Source of the DNA: an uncultured delta proteobacterium | GTDB taxonomy: Bacteria; Desulfobacterota; Binatia; JACPRU01 | Direction: 5' to 3' | DNA: 64,000 nucleotides | Assembly (NCBI GenBank): GCA_963711395.1 | Contig: CAVQEA010000006.1 | Location: 26,647-90,646 of the forward strand | Shown here: one piece after another, positions 39,905-49,814 of the stretch | Position numbering within the stretch: the stretch's first letter is position 1 | Layout: every line of letters begins with the position of its first letter | The notes under the pieces: generated by a model | Told to the model about the DNA's origin: nothing | Databases searched by the model: none | What the model saw: the letters and a program-made list of their open reading frames with translations, nothing else | Made by a program: the position numbers and the translations under genes

Positions 39905-40939
39905 CAGCGGCTCACCACCCCCGGCTCGACGGAGCCGGCGAGCGGAACCGTGTGACCGCCGGAGCGGTACGCGGCGCCGATCATCTCCGCGACGCGCATC
40001 GCCTCGCCGAGGTTGCGGCCGCGACGCTCGGGATGCTGCATCTCGGCGCGAAAGTCTTCGAGCAGCGCGGGAAACCACTCCGGGTGATAGCTGCTCGCCG
40101 ACAGCGCCGGAGCGAACCGCGTCTCCTCCGGCGCCTTGCCGCCGACCGCGACGGCCAGCCGGTCGTCCGTGAATCGCACCTCGCCGAGCGAGCCGCGGGC
40201 GCGTCCCGCGGTGCGTCGCTCGGCTGCGCCCCAGGAGAGCTCGATGCGCGCGCGCAGCGTGCCGAAATCGACCTCGCATTCCACGGTGTCCTCGACGCCG
40301 ACGCCGAGCGTGGTGCCGAGACGCGCGAGGATCGAGCGCGGCACGCGGCCGGTCAGGAACAGCATCAGGTAACAGGCGTGCCAGCCGTGATCCATCAGGA
40401 TGCCCCCGCCCGCCTGCTCGGGGTCGAGGCGCCATCCCGCGTCGGCCGCGCCTTGCGGCGGGTTCGGACGCAGCACCTGCCATTCGATCTCGCCGAGCTC
40501 GCCGATCGCCCCGGAGCGCAGCAAGCCGTGCAGGCGGCGCATCAGCGGCGCGTACTTCCAGTTGTGCACGGTGAACAGCGTGCGCCCGCTCCGCCGCGCC
40601 ACGCGAGAGAGCTCGGCGGCTCCACCGAGATCGACGGCCAGCGGCTTCTCGCAGAGCACGTGGAGCCCGCGCGCGAGCGCCTGCGACACCGCCTGGGCAT
40701 GAAAGCCCGGCGGCGTGGCGACGTCGACGAAGTCGAGCTTCGCCTCGGCTTCGGCCGCCGACGGCGAAATCCGCATAGGCGCGCGCCCCCGGCAGCGCCG
40801 CAGCCACTCGCGCGCGGCGCTCTTCCGAAGGATCGACCACCGCGACGATCTCGAAGCCCGCGGCCAGGCGAAAGCCCGGCAGGTGCCCGAGCTCCGCGAC
40901 CCTGCCGAAGCCGACGATCGCGCCGCGATACTTCTTCAC
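39904..40939 (-). CDS. Gfo/Idh/MocA oxidoreductase (frameshift near 40790)
   Basis: [35 protein letters not shown]. Confidence 0.92.
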
Positions 40940-42281
40940 CGGTAGCTGCGGTCGCGGGCGACCTCGGCGAAGACCTCGTCGAGAACGCCGAGCCCCTGGT
41001 CCATCTCCTCCCGCGTGATCGTCAGGGGCGGGTTGATGCGCACGCGCGGCATGTAGCCCATCAGCAAGAGCCCACGGCGCAGGCATTCGAGAAAGATGCG
41101 CTCGGTCACCGGCCGGGCGAGCGGCTCCTTGGTCTTGCGATCCTTGACGAGGTCGAGCCCGACGAGCAGTGCCGACACCGCGCACGTCGCCGATGAATTC
41201 GTACTTCTCCTGCATGGCGCGCAGCCGCCCCTTCATCTCCTCGCCGAGCATGGCCGAGCGCTCGACGAGCTTCTCGTCGAGCACGGTCTCGAGCGTGGCG
41301 AGCGCGGCGGTGGCGGCCAGCGGATTGCCGCCGTAGCTCGACGAGGCGCCCGAGGGCTTCGCCCAGGGTTCGGCGCGACGAGATCTCCGTCGGTCGAGAT
41401 GACGGCGGTCACCGGGTAGCCGTTCGCCATGCCCTTGCCGGTCGTCATGATGTCCGGAACCACGCCGCTGTGCTCCACCCCGAACATCTTGCCGGTGCGC
41501 GCGAAGCCGGTGATCATCTCGTCGGCGATCAGCAGCGCGCCGACCTCGTGAGCGATGTCGCGGATCGCCGGCAGAAACTCCGGCGGCGGAATCGACGTTG
41601 CCCGCTGTGCCCTGCATGGGCTCGACGAGCACGGCGGCGACGGCGTTGGAGGTGGCGTTCTTGATGGTCTTGCGCGCGAAGTCGGCGCAGGCCACGCCGC
41701 AGCTCGGGTACTCGAGGCCGATCGGGCAGCGGTAGCAGTCGGCGTACGGCGTGAGAAATCGCCCTCCCGGGAGCGGACCCCAGCCGTGCTTGCCCTCGTC
41801 GCCCATCAGGCCCATCACGCCCGTGGTCTTGCCGTGGAAGCCGCCCCAGAAGCCGACGACCTCGTACTTCTTGGTGTACGACTTGGCGAGGCGGATGGCC
41901 GCCTCGACCGCCTCCGCGCCGCTCGAGTAGAGCTGCGCGCGGTCGAGCTTGCCGGGCGTCACCGCCGCGAGCTTCTGGAGAAACGCCAGGCGATTCTCGG
42001 TCGTGAAGCTGCCGACGGAGATCCGTGCGGATCTGCGCTTCCATGCGCGCGACCCAGTGGGGATGCGAGTGGCCGAGGCTCGCCACCGCCACGCCGGCGA
42101 AGAAGTCGACGTAGCGGTTGCCGTCGGCATCTTCGACCGTCGCACCGCGGCCCGAGGTGAGCGTGAGCTCGGACAAGAGCGCGATGCGCTGCAGACCGGG
42201 CGCGATGAGGCGCTGCTCCTCGGCGAAGATACGCCGCGATTCAGGCCCGGGGACGGATGGCGGATTCTGTTTGGCTTTCAT
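40936..42281 (-). CDS. Class III (GabT/ArgD-like) PLP aminotransferase (several frameshifts)
   Basis: [49 protein letters not shown] (PLP Lys), SYGGNP. Confidence 0.92.
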
Positions 42282-42286
42282 GAGCG

Positions 42287-43059
42287 TCACGGCATGTCGA
42301 GGAGCTCGAGCAGGCGGCGGCCGATCGCGGCGCCCGCCTCGCTCGCGGCAGCGGGAGAAGCTCGGCCAATCGTTGACGTCGATCAGCACGAGCGTTCCGT
42401 CGGCGCGACACGCCGTCGCCGCCGTAGACTTCGAGGCCGAGGGCCGCGGCCGCACGTCGGGCGAGCGCCCGCGCCGCGCTCTCCTGGCCGCGGGAAGGCC
42501 GTAGGCGCGAAAGAATCCGCCGGCGACTCCATAGAACTTGTACACCGCCCCCTCGACGTGCCGTTGCACGATCGCGCCACGGATCTGCCTGTCGTGGAAC
42601 TCGGCGGTGGCGGCGGCCCATTCGTCGGCCGAGAAGACGCGTCGAACGTCGCCGGCCTCCATGGCGTGCACGTCGCCGCGCTTCAACCAGAACCCCGCCG
42701 CCGAGCTCGGTGGGCGGCTCCTTGCCGGCGACCGCCCACGGCGGCTGCGGCACGCCCGCCTCGTCGAGACGGGCGAGCAGATTCGCACGATAACAGGCGC
42801 GGATGGCCGACGGGTGGTTCACCACGATCGCACGCTTCGCCGCCTCGTCCATCCACTCGAGCGCCGCCGGGCTCTGGCACATCGCGAAGACGAGCGCGGG
42901 AGGTCGATCGAGGCTCGGCAAGCTCTCGCCCGGCGCCATGCGGACGGCGACGCCGGCGCGGCCGAGCTCGGCCGCGGCGAGGTCGATGATGGCGCGATCG
43001 TCTGCCACCTTTCCCGGAGAGAACCGCTCCTCGCGGTAGATTCCCAGCGCCTCAGGCAT
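42287..43059 (-). CDS. ATP-grasp-fold protein (frameshifted)
   Basis: LGIYREERFSPGKVADDRAI, WLKRGDVH, VQRHVEG..YKFYGV, LEVYGGD, IDVNDWPSFS. Confidence 0.78.
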
Positions 43060-43750
43060 GAGCCTCGAGGAACCTTTCCGCCGCCTCGAGGTCTTGCGGC
43101 CGATCGACGTCGATCGAATCGCCGCCGCGGTGACCGAAGAGGCGCTCGCCGCGCTCGAGAAGCATGGCGAGGAACTCGCGCAAACGGCCGAGCTTGCGCC
43201 GCCGCGCTTCGTCCACGTGATCGTAGACGCCCGGGTGAAAGACGTAGGCGCCGCTCGTCACCCAGCCGCTGCCCGCGGCCGCGGGTCCGAGCGCGAGGAT
43301 CTCGTCGTTGGCGCCGAGCCGCGCCCAGAGCGGCTTCTCGTCGTCGACCAACGAGGTCACGGCGAGCGTGCCGCACGGGCCCGCCGCCAGCCCCGCAGCC
43401 GCCAGCGCGGGCAGCGCGCCTCGCGCCGTGATGGCGTCGACCGTGGTGAGCAGGAACGGCTCGCTTCGCAAGCAGGGCTCGAGCGCGAAGAAGCTCTCCA
43501 TCGAGCTCGGGGTGGTCTTGACGGTGAGCGCGACGGGGACCGGCCAGCGGCGCTGGCGCACGTAGCTCGCGACCTCGGGCGACTCCGCGTTGACGATCAG
43601 CGCGATCTCCTCGGCCCCGGCCTCGGCGACCGCTTCGGCCGCGCGCTCGAGCAGCGTCTTGCCGCCGACGACGAGGAGCGGCTTCGGGGTGGCGATGCCG
43701 GCGTCGCGGAAGCGCTCGCCCAAGCCGGCCGCGATGATGCCCGCCTTCAA
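43052..43750 (-). CDS. NTP transferase (sugar/polyol-phosphate nucleotidyltransferase)
   Basis: GIIAAGLGERF..PKPL, TPSSMESF, VDDEKPL, SIDVDRPQDL. Confidence 0.9.
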   Translation of the reverse strand: MKAGIIAAGLGERFRDAGIATPKPLLVVGGKTLLERAAEAVAEAGAEEIALIVNAESPEVASYVRQRRWPVPVALTVKTTPSSMESFFALEPCLRSEPFLLTTVDAITARGALPALAAAGLAAGPCGTLAVTSLVDDEKPLWARLGANDEILALGPAAAGSGWVTSGAYVFHPGVYDHVDEARRRKLGRLREFLAMLLERGERLFGHRGGDSIDVDRPQDLEAAERFLEAHA

Positions 43751-44436
43751 CCGGCGAGCTCCACGTCCCTGACCGGGTCGATCTCGGCCAGGTGCGAGAT
43801 CACGCGGTCGGCGACGCCGGGCTCGGGCGGCTCGGCCTCGCCGCGGCGAAGCCAGATGGCGCGCATGCCCGTGCTGCGCGACGCACGCACGTCGCGCTCG
43901 AAGCTGTCTCCGACCATGACGACTTCCGCGGGAGGCAGCTCGAGCCGCTCGGCGGCCAGCCGGTAGATCGCCGGATCGGGCTTCTCCACCCCGACGTGCG
44001 CGGACTCGACGACCGTATCGAGCGCCGCTGCCAGTCCGGCCTCTTCGAGCAACACCTCGAGGTTGCCGTAGAAGTTCGAGACGATGCCGAGCCGAGCGTG
44101 CCCCCGCAGGCGCGACAGCAACGCCCGCGAGCGCTCCCAGCCCTCGACGGTCATGTCGCAGAATCCCTCGATCACGTCGTCGGCGAACCGGCGCGCCGCC
44201 GGCCCCAGCACGTCCAACTGCAGCGCGACGTGGCGCTCGATGAGCGGCCGGAGCCCGTAACCGCGCAGGCGCGCTTCCTCGGCGACCGCGTGGTCGGCGG
44301 CGTAGAACGCCTGCTTGATGTCGGCATCGGGCAGCTCGCAGCCGGCGCGGCGGTAGAGAAACGCCATGCGGTCGAACCAGTGCCAGCCTTCGCCGTCGAG
44401 CGTGCCTCCGTAGTCGAACAGAACGGCACGAGCCAC
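43747..44436 (-). CDS. HAD-family hydrolase
   Basis: LFDYGGTLD, IVSNFYGNL, GVEKPDPAIY, VMVGDS. Confidence 0.9.
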   Translation of the reverse strand: MARAVLFDYGGTLDGEGWHWFDRMAFLYRRAGCELPDADIKQAFYAADHAVAEEARLRGYGLRPLIERHVALQLDVLGPAARRFADDVIEGFCDMTVEGWERSRALLSRLRGHARLGIVSNFYGNLEVLLEEAGLAAALDTVVESAHVGVEKPDPAIYRLAAERLELPPAEVVMVGDSFERDVRASRSTGMRAIWLRRGEAEPPEPGVADRVISHLAEIDPVRDVELAG

Positions 44437-44486
44437 GCTAGCGTCCCGCGGGCGAATCGTGCTCGAGATTTCTGTTACAGTCCACT

Positions 44487-45341
44487 CTAGAGCTCGCTCC
44501 CTTCCGGCGCACCGTTCATGCCCGAGAACATGACCTCGGAGAGCGGGGCTTTGCGAAACCCCGCGGGCGGCTTGAACTCGCTTTCGGGAACGTCGCGCTT
44601 TTCGACCTTGGTGATTTCGGCCTTGGTGTGCGACTTGCCCCCCGCGTACGCCACCGTCTTCAGCGGCCATCCTTGCGGATAGAGCTTCTGGTAGATCTTG
44701 CCCTCGTCGATGCCCTTCGGATGGGACGGATCCGGGTCGCTCGCGATGGCGCACGACGACACGCGGCTCATCAGCTCCGAAGCCCTGTCGAGCGCGAATT
44801 CCTTGGCGAGCGCGGGGTCGGTCGTTAGCCAGTCCTCCTCGTAGAGCGCGCCGTCGACGAGCACGCTGTACTTGCGCGTCGGCTGCCCCGCGATCGTCGC
44901 CGTCTCCTCCGTGCGCTCGACCTTCACCACCCCGGGCCCCGTCTTGCCCTCGTCGGTCTTGCGGTTCGCTTCGAGCTGCTTGCGCAGCGCTTCGACCTTG
45001 GCCCGGCTTTCGGGAGGAAGCTTCGAGAGCTGCTCCTCCATGGCGTCGTGCATGGCCTTGCCGATCGCGGCGGTGGTGTCGCGGATCGTGGTGCACAGCT
45101 CGTCGATGGTGCCCTCCCAATAGACCCCGCGGTCGGGATTCGACATCCACGCGCGCGCTGCGCCGAGGTCGAAGACCGATTGCGGGCCCCCGCCCGCGCC
45201 CGAGAGCTCCTTGACCCGTCCCTTGGACACGAGAGTTCGGTCGCCGTCCTTGTCGGTCAGTTGGTAGCCCGCGACCGCCGGGCTCGCGAGGAACGAGCCG
45301 AGGGCGAGGCCGAGCAGCATGGAAAGTGGACGACGGTTCAT
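44487..45341 (-). CDS. Exported DUF4412-like protein
   Basis: Signal peptide; TEETATIAGQPTRKY, GWPLK, EFKPPAGF. Confidence 0.7.
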   Translation of the reverse strand: MNRRPLSMLLGLALGSFLASPAVAGYQLTDKDGDRTLVSKGRVKELSGAGGGPQSVFDLGAARAWMSNPDRGVYWEGTIDELCTTIRDTTAAIGKAMHDAMEEQLSKLPPESRAKVEALRKQLEANRKTDEGKTGPGVVKVERTEETATIAGQPTRKYSVLVDGALYEEDWLTTDPALAKEFALDRASELMSRVSSCAIASDPDPSHPKGIDEGKIYQKLYPQGWPLKTVAYAGGKSHTKAEITKVEKRDVPESEFKPPAGFRKAPLSEVMFSGMNGAPEGSEL

Positions 45342-45422
45342 TTCAGCTCCCCAGCGCGAGAATTAGCCGCTCGGGTCGAGCGTCGCAACCGTGCCGGGGA
45401 CACGGGCGCCGCCCTGCCGAGC

Positions 45423-46250
45423 TCAGCCTTCGCCGCCGCCATCGCTGCCGAGGATGCGCTCGATCCTCCTGCGCAAGCGCCGCAGCGTGCGCTCGAGCCG
45501 CGATCGCGGCTCGGCGTCGATCTGCTCGGGCAAGACGGCCAGCTTGCGGCCGAGCCGGCGAGCGGCGTTGATCGCCTGGCGGACCTCGGGGGCGCCGTCG
45601 GTCCGCGGCGACAGCTCCTCGCGAAAGGTCTTCACCGACAAGCGCTCGAGCCTCGCTCGCTTCCACAGCGCCAGCATCGCCTGCTCGTCCTTCTGGCGAG
45701 CGACGCTGATGAGGATGTCGCGCGAGACGCTCGGGTCGGCGTTGTACTCGTCCTGGATCTCCTTCGGCAGTCGGGTGAGCGCGAGCGTGTTGCTGACGTG
45801 CGGGCGGCTCTTGTGCAGCAGGTCCGCGACCTCGGCGTGCGTATAGCCCTGCGCCTCGATGAGAGCCGCGATGCCGAGCGCCTCTTCGAGGGGCGTCAGA
45901 TCTTCGCGCTGCAAGTTCTCGATCATGGCGATCTCGAGCGGATGGTCGTCGCGCACGAGCGCGGGGATCACGTCGAGACCGGCGAGCCGCGAAGCGCGGT
46001 AGCGACGCTCGCCGGCGAGCAGCAGATACTGCCCGTCGTTTTCTCGCCTGACGATCACCGGCTGCAGCACGCCGCGCTGGCGGATCGACTCCGCGAGCTC
46101 GGCCAAGCTCTGTTCGTCGAAGTGCCGCCGCGGCTGGTCGGGGTTCGGGCGGATGCGGTCGAGCGGCAGGGCCGTGATCAGCGTGCGCCGGCCGCGGACG
46201 ATGGATCCGGCGGCGATCAAACGGACCGGAGCCTCGTCTGCGATCGTCAT
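45423..46250 (-). CDS. ParB/Spo0J-family protein (no adjacent parA)
   Basis: PNPDQPRRHF, GVLQPV, GERRYRA, IENLQREDL, HTH. Confidence 0.9.
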   Translation of the reverse strand: MTIADEAPVRLIAAGSIVRGRRTLITALPLDRIRPNPDQPRRHFDEQSLAELAESIRQRGVLQPVIVRRENDGQYLLLAGERRYRASRLAGLDVIPALVRDDHPLEIAMIENLQREDLTPLEEALGIAALIEAQGYTHAEVADLLHKSRPHVSNTLALTRLPKEIQDEYNADPSVSRDILISVARQKDEQAMLALWKRARLERLSVKTFREELSPRTDGAPEVRQAINAARRLGRKLAVLPEQIDAEPRSRLERTLRRLRRRIERILGSDGGGEG

Positions 46251-46401
46251 CGTCCTCGGCTTCCCCGCGCGAGCGCATCTTAAAACGCGGCGCTCGGGAA
46301 TCACAAATGGTTTTCCGCGGCGCGACGCGCCGCCGGAGCTTGTCTTGGCAGACGTCGCCGGCTACCTGTGAATGGGGCTTACGGGGCGGAGGATGCAGCG
46401 G

Positions 46402-47427
46402 ATGAAGCGAAAGATCGCGGTCGTCATCGCGGCGGGGCTACTCGCCGGCGCGGCGTCGGCGCCAGCTTGGGAAGAGAGCGATTTTCCCCCCCGACCCCTC
46501 GCGGCGTACAGCTTCACGGTCGAGGCCGCAGAGCCGAGCACGGTGATCGGCGAGCCGCGGAGCTACACCTTCGCGAAGGGTGACACCCTCTACGACGTGG
46601 CCAGGCACCTCGGCCTCGGAATCAATGAGGTAACCGGAGCATTCCCGGACGTCGACGTCTGGCTCCCGCCAGACGGAGAGACGGTCTCGTTCCCGACCTG
46701 GTGGATCCTGCCGGACAGCGCCAACCAAGGCGTCGTCGTCAACATCCCCGAGATGCGGCTCTACTACTTTCCACCCCATCTGAAGGGTGGGTTGCGCACC
46801 GCGGTCACCTACCCGGTCGGCCTCGGCCGTGACGAGTGGCGCACGCCCACCGGTAAGTTCAAGGTCACGGAGAAGACGGTCGACCCGAAGTGGGTGGTGC
46901 CTGAGAGCATCCGCGCCGAGCACATCAGCGAGCGCGGCGATGCACGCAAGGAGATCCCGGGAGGCGCGCCCGACAACCCGCTCGGCCGCTATCGCATCCG
47001 CCTCTCCCTGCCCCTCTACGGCATTCACGGGACGAACATTCCCTGGGGCGTGGGCATGGAGGTCAGCCACGGCTGCATCCGCCTCTATCCGGAGGACATT
47101 CAACGGCTGTTCACGATCGTGCCCGTCGGCGTCGCGGGCGAGATCGTCTACCAGCCCGTCAAGGTCGGCGCGCGCGACGGGGACGTGTTCGTCGAGGTCC
47201 ATCCCGACATCTACGATACCGGCTTCGACTATTCGGCCGACGCGAAAGTGCGCCTGCGCGCCAAGGGCTGGGACGGCTTGATCGACGCGGATCTCCTCGA
47301 CGACGCGCTGCAGAAGAAGAGCGGTGTGCCGGTGCGCATCTCGACCGGGAGGCCGCTGCACCGGCGCGTTCGCGCGCCGGCGACGCAGGCCGAGCAGCGG
47401 GCGATCGGCTCGTCGCCCCGCTCTTGA
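46402..47427 (+). CDS. L,D-transpeptidase (LysM + YkuD)
   Basis: GDTLYDVAR, VNIPEMRLYY, YGIHGTN...SHGCIRL. Confidence 0.93.
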   Translation: MKRKIAVVIAAGLLAGAASAPAWEESDFPPRPLAAYSFTVEAAEPSTVIGEPRSYTFAKGDTLYDVARHLGLGINEVTGAFPDVDVWLPPDGETVSFPTWWILPDSANQGVVVNIPEMRLYYFPPHLKGGLRTAVTYPVGLGRDEWRTPTGKFKVTEKTVDPKWVVPESIRAEHISERGDARKEIPGGAPDNPLGRYRIRLSLPLYGIHGTNIPWGVGMEVSHGCIRLYPEDIQRLFTIVPVGVAGEIVYQPVKVGARDGDVFVEVHPDIYDTGFDYSADAKVRLRAKGWDGLIDADLLDDALQKKSGVPVRISTGRPLHRRVRAPATQAEQRAIGSSPRS

Positions 47428-47462
47428 GTGGCTCGCAGGACCTCTCTAAGGTAGACCGCTTC

Positions 47463-48545
47463 ATGGCCGCGAAGAAGAAGATCGCGCTGGTCGGTGCCAC
47501 CGGCATCGCCGGGCAGCAGTTCGTGGCGGCGCTCGCCGGTCATCCGTGGTTCGACATCACGCGGTTGGTGGGCTCGGAGCGCTCCGCCCGCAAGCGCTAC
47601 GGCGAGGCGTTGCGCGACCCCAAGACGGGCGCGCGGCGCTGGTGGTGCGAGGTGGAGCCGCCGTCCTCCTTGCTCGATCTCGAGGTCGAAGACAGCGCCA
47701 CGTTCGAAGCGGACGGCGTCGACCTGGTCTTCTCGGCCGTCGAGGCCGACGTGGCGAGAGAGCTCGAGCCCCGCTACGCGCGCAAGGCTCCCGTCGTCAG
47801 CACCGCTTCGGCGTTCCGCTACGATGACGACGTGCCGATCCTGGTTCCGGGAGTGAACTGGGACCACGCGCGGCTTCTCGATCTGCAGCGCGAGCGGCGC
47901 GGTTGGCGCGGCTACATCACGCCGATCCCGAACTGCACGACGACCGGTCTGGTCATCGCCCTCAAGCCCCTCCACGACGCCTTCGGCGTGAAGAAGGTGC
48001 TGCTCACCTCGATGCAGGGCATCTCCGGAGCGGGACGCTCGCCCGGGGTGGTCGCGCTCGACATCGTCGACAACATCGTGCCGTTCATTCCCAAAGAAGA
48101 GGAGAAGGTGGCGCGCGAGACGCGGAAGATCTTCGCCACGCTCGGCGAGGGCGGTTTGCGCGAGCCCGACCTCGTGGTCAGCGCCACCTGCACGCGCGCC
48201 GCGGTTCTCGAAGGGCACACCGAATCCGTTTCCGTATCGCTCAACACGCCGGCGACGCCGCAAGCGGTCGCCGACGCGATGCGGGCGTTCGACGGCGGCA
48301 GCGATCTCCCTTCGGCCCCGCGGCGCTGGATCGTCGTACACGACGATCCCTTCCGTCCCCAGCCGCGCCTCGATCGTGACGCCGAGGGGGGCATGGCGAC
48401 GTCGGTGGGCCGGATCCGTCCGGAGCCGGTGCTCGACAACGGCGTGAAGTTCCTGCTCGTCTCCCACAACACGAAGATGGGAGCGGCCAAGGGCGCGGTG
48501 CTCGTCGCCGAGCACCTCTACCGCCGCGGCCTCGTCCAGGCCTAG
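47463..48545 (+). CDS. asd: Aspartate-semialdehyde dehydrogenase (archaeal/fungal-like type)
   Basis: VGATGIAGQ, PNCTT, MQGISGAG, NIVPFI, SHNTKMGAAKGA. Confidence 0.92.
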   Translation: MAAKKKIALVGATGIAGQQFVAALAGHPWFDITRLVGSERSARKRYGEALRDPKTGARRWWCEVEPPSSLLDLEVEDSATFEADGVDLVFSAVEADVARELEPRYARKAPVVSTASAFRYDDDVPILVPGVNWDHARLLDLQRERRGWRGYITPIPNCTTTGLVIALKPLHDAFGVKKVLLTSMQGISGAGRSPGVVALDIVDNIVPFIPKEEEKVARETRKIFATLGEGGLREPDLVVSATCTRAAVLEGHTESVSVSLNTPATPQAVADAMRAFDGGSDLPSAPRRWIVVHDDPFRPQPRLDRDAEGGMATSVGRIRPEPVLDNGVKFLLVSHNTKMGAAKGAVLVAEHLYRRGLVQA

Positions 48546-49231
48546 TCGCTCGAAGGCTTGGCCGGCAGCTCCGCGCGCGCGACCACCGGCGCCGGCCGCG
48601 AGGCCTTGGCCTCGTTCTGGCGATAGATGACGTGGAACAGGCGCACGCGCCGAACGTACTCTTGAGTCTCGGGAATGCGTGGGATCCCGCGGCACTCGTC
48701 GACCGGCTTGGTGCCGGCGTTGTAGGCGGCGAGCACGAGATCGAGCTTCCCGCCGTAGCGGTCCATCAGGTAGCGAAGGTGGCGTACGCCGCCGTGGATG
48801 TTTTCGGCGGGATCGAAGGCGTTGCGCACCTCGTGCATCCGGGCGGTGTCGGGCATGAGCTGCATCAGGCCCATCGCCCCCTTCGAGGAGATCGCCGTCG
48901 CATCGAAGTTCGACTCCGCGCGGATCACCGCCTTCACCAGCGACGGCTCGAGCGCGTAGCGCTTGGCCGTCTTCGTCACCGTTTCCTCGTACTTCGCCGG
49001 GTCGCCACCGACCCGAGCGTACATCCCCATCGCGGAGCTGCCGAAGAATTCGCGATGGCGCGAGATGACTTTGTAGCCGCTGCGGGCCCCGCGGTTGGTG
49101 ATGAGCGTGCGGCCGTCCGGGCTCTGCATGACCAGGATCTCGGCGCGCGCAGCGGGCACGCCGAGCATCACACCCGCCAGCAGCAGAGCCCACAGCCGCC
49201 CCATCAGCACCATAGAGGAATGGTCTAGCAA
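48542..49231 (-). CDS. SLT-family lytic transglycosylase
   Basis: AVIRAESNF, GAMGLMQLMP, LAAYNAG, ETQEYV; start uncertain. Confidence 0.92.
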   Translation of the reverse strand: MLDHSSMVLMGRLWALLLAGVMLGVPAARAEILVMQSPDGRTLITNRGARSGYKVISRHREFFGSSAMGMYARVGGDPAKYEETVTKTAKRYALEPSLVKAVIRAESNFDATAISSKGAMGLMQLMPDTARMHEVRNAFDPAENIHGGVRHLRYLMDRYGGKLDLVLAAYNAGTKPVDECRGIPRIPETQEYVRRVRLFHVIYRQNEAKASRPAPVVARAELPAKPSSD

Positions 49232-49428
49232 TTCCCGGACCTCAGCGCTCTACCCGGAAAACTCTCGCAAATCGCCAATGGCGACCGCCGCCCAGCGGAT
49301 CTCGTGCACAAAAGCATGCGGGAGCCGGTGCAAGTTCGGCATACCCTGACCTTGTGACGCGGTGCTGCCGTCCCCCCTAGCCCACAAGCTGCTTGCGGCG
49401 CAAGCGCTACTTTCATAGACCGGCGGGC

Positions 49429-49755
49429 ATGCCGACCGCTGACGAGCACTACGACCGGGGGATCGACCTGTTCGCCGCAGGGAAGTACGAGGAGGCCATC
49501 GCCGCCTACAACGCGGCGCTATCGGTCGATCCGGGCTTCGTCGACGCGCTGCATGGCCTGGCCATGGCGTACGCCGAGGCCGGGGACCTCGAAGCCGCGA
49601 TCGACGCCGCCAAGCGCACCACCGAGGCCACGCCGGACGACCCGCTCGGCTTCACCGGCTTGTCGATGCTCTACCAGAGAGCCGGGCGTATCGCCGACGC
49701 CGAGGCCGCCGCCAATCAAGCGCGCGTGCTCGAGTGGAAGCAGCAGCTGAAGTAG
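49429..49755 (+). CDS. Small TPR protein
   Basis: Two to three TPR units (YEEAIAAYNAALSVDP, LAMAYAEAGDLEAAI). Confidence 0.85.
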   Translation: MPTADEHYDRGIDLFAAGKYEEAIAAYNAALSVDPGFVDALHGLAMAYAEAGDLEAAIDAAKRTTEATPDDPLGFTGLSMLYQRAGRIADAEAAANQARVLEWKQQLK

Positions 49756-49756
49756 A

Positions 49757-49814
49757 GGACGTTCCTACCTTGATTACCTTTCTCGCGAGAAAGGTAATCA
49801 AGGTAGGAACGTCC
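49757..49814. repeat. 58-bp perfect palindrome (REP/MITE-like element, copy 2)
   Basis: GGACGTTCCTACCTTGATTACCTTTCTCG followed directly by its reverse complement; shares GGACGTTCCTACCTT with copy 1. Confidence 0.9.

Noticed and set aside
38531-42145. 1204-aa ORF as a giant multidomain fusion
   Set aside because: It is a frameshift-joined path through the aminotransferase, oxidoreductase, CDP-AP and yacG genes, with long off-frame Arg/Ala-rich stretches.
39904-42281. Direct call as gnnA/gnnB
   Set aside because: The aminotransferase is class III, not DegT/DnrJ-family like GnnB; kept only as an alternative hypothesis.
45423-46250. ParB as evidence of a plasmid or prophage
   Set aside because: It is flanked by chromosomal housekeeping genes, with no rep, integrase or phage genes.
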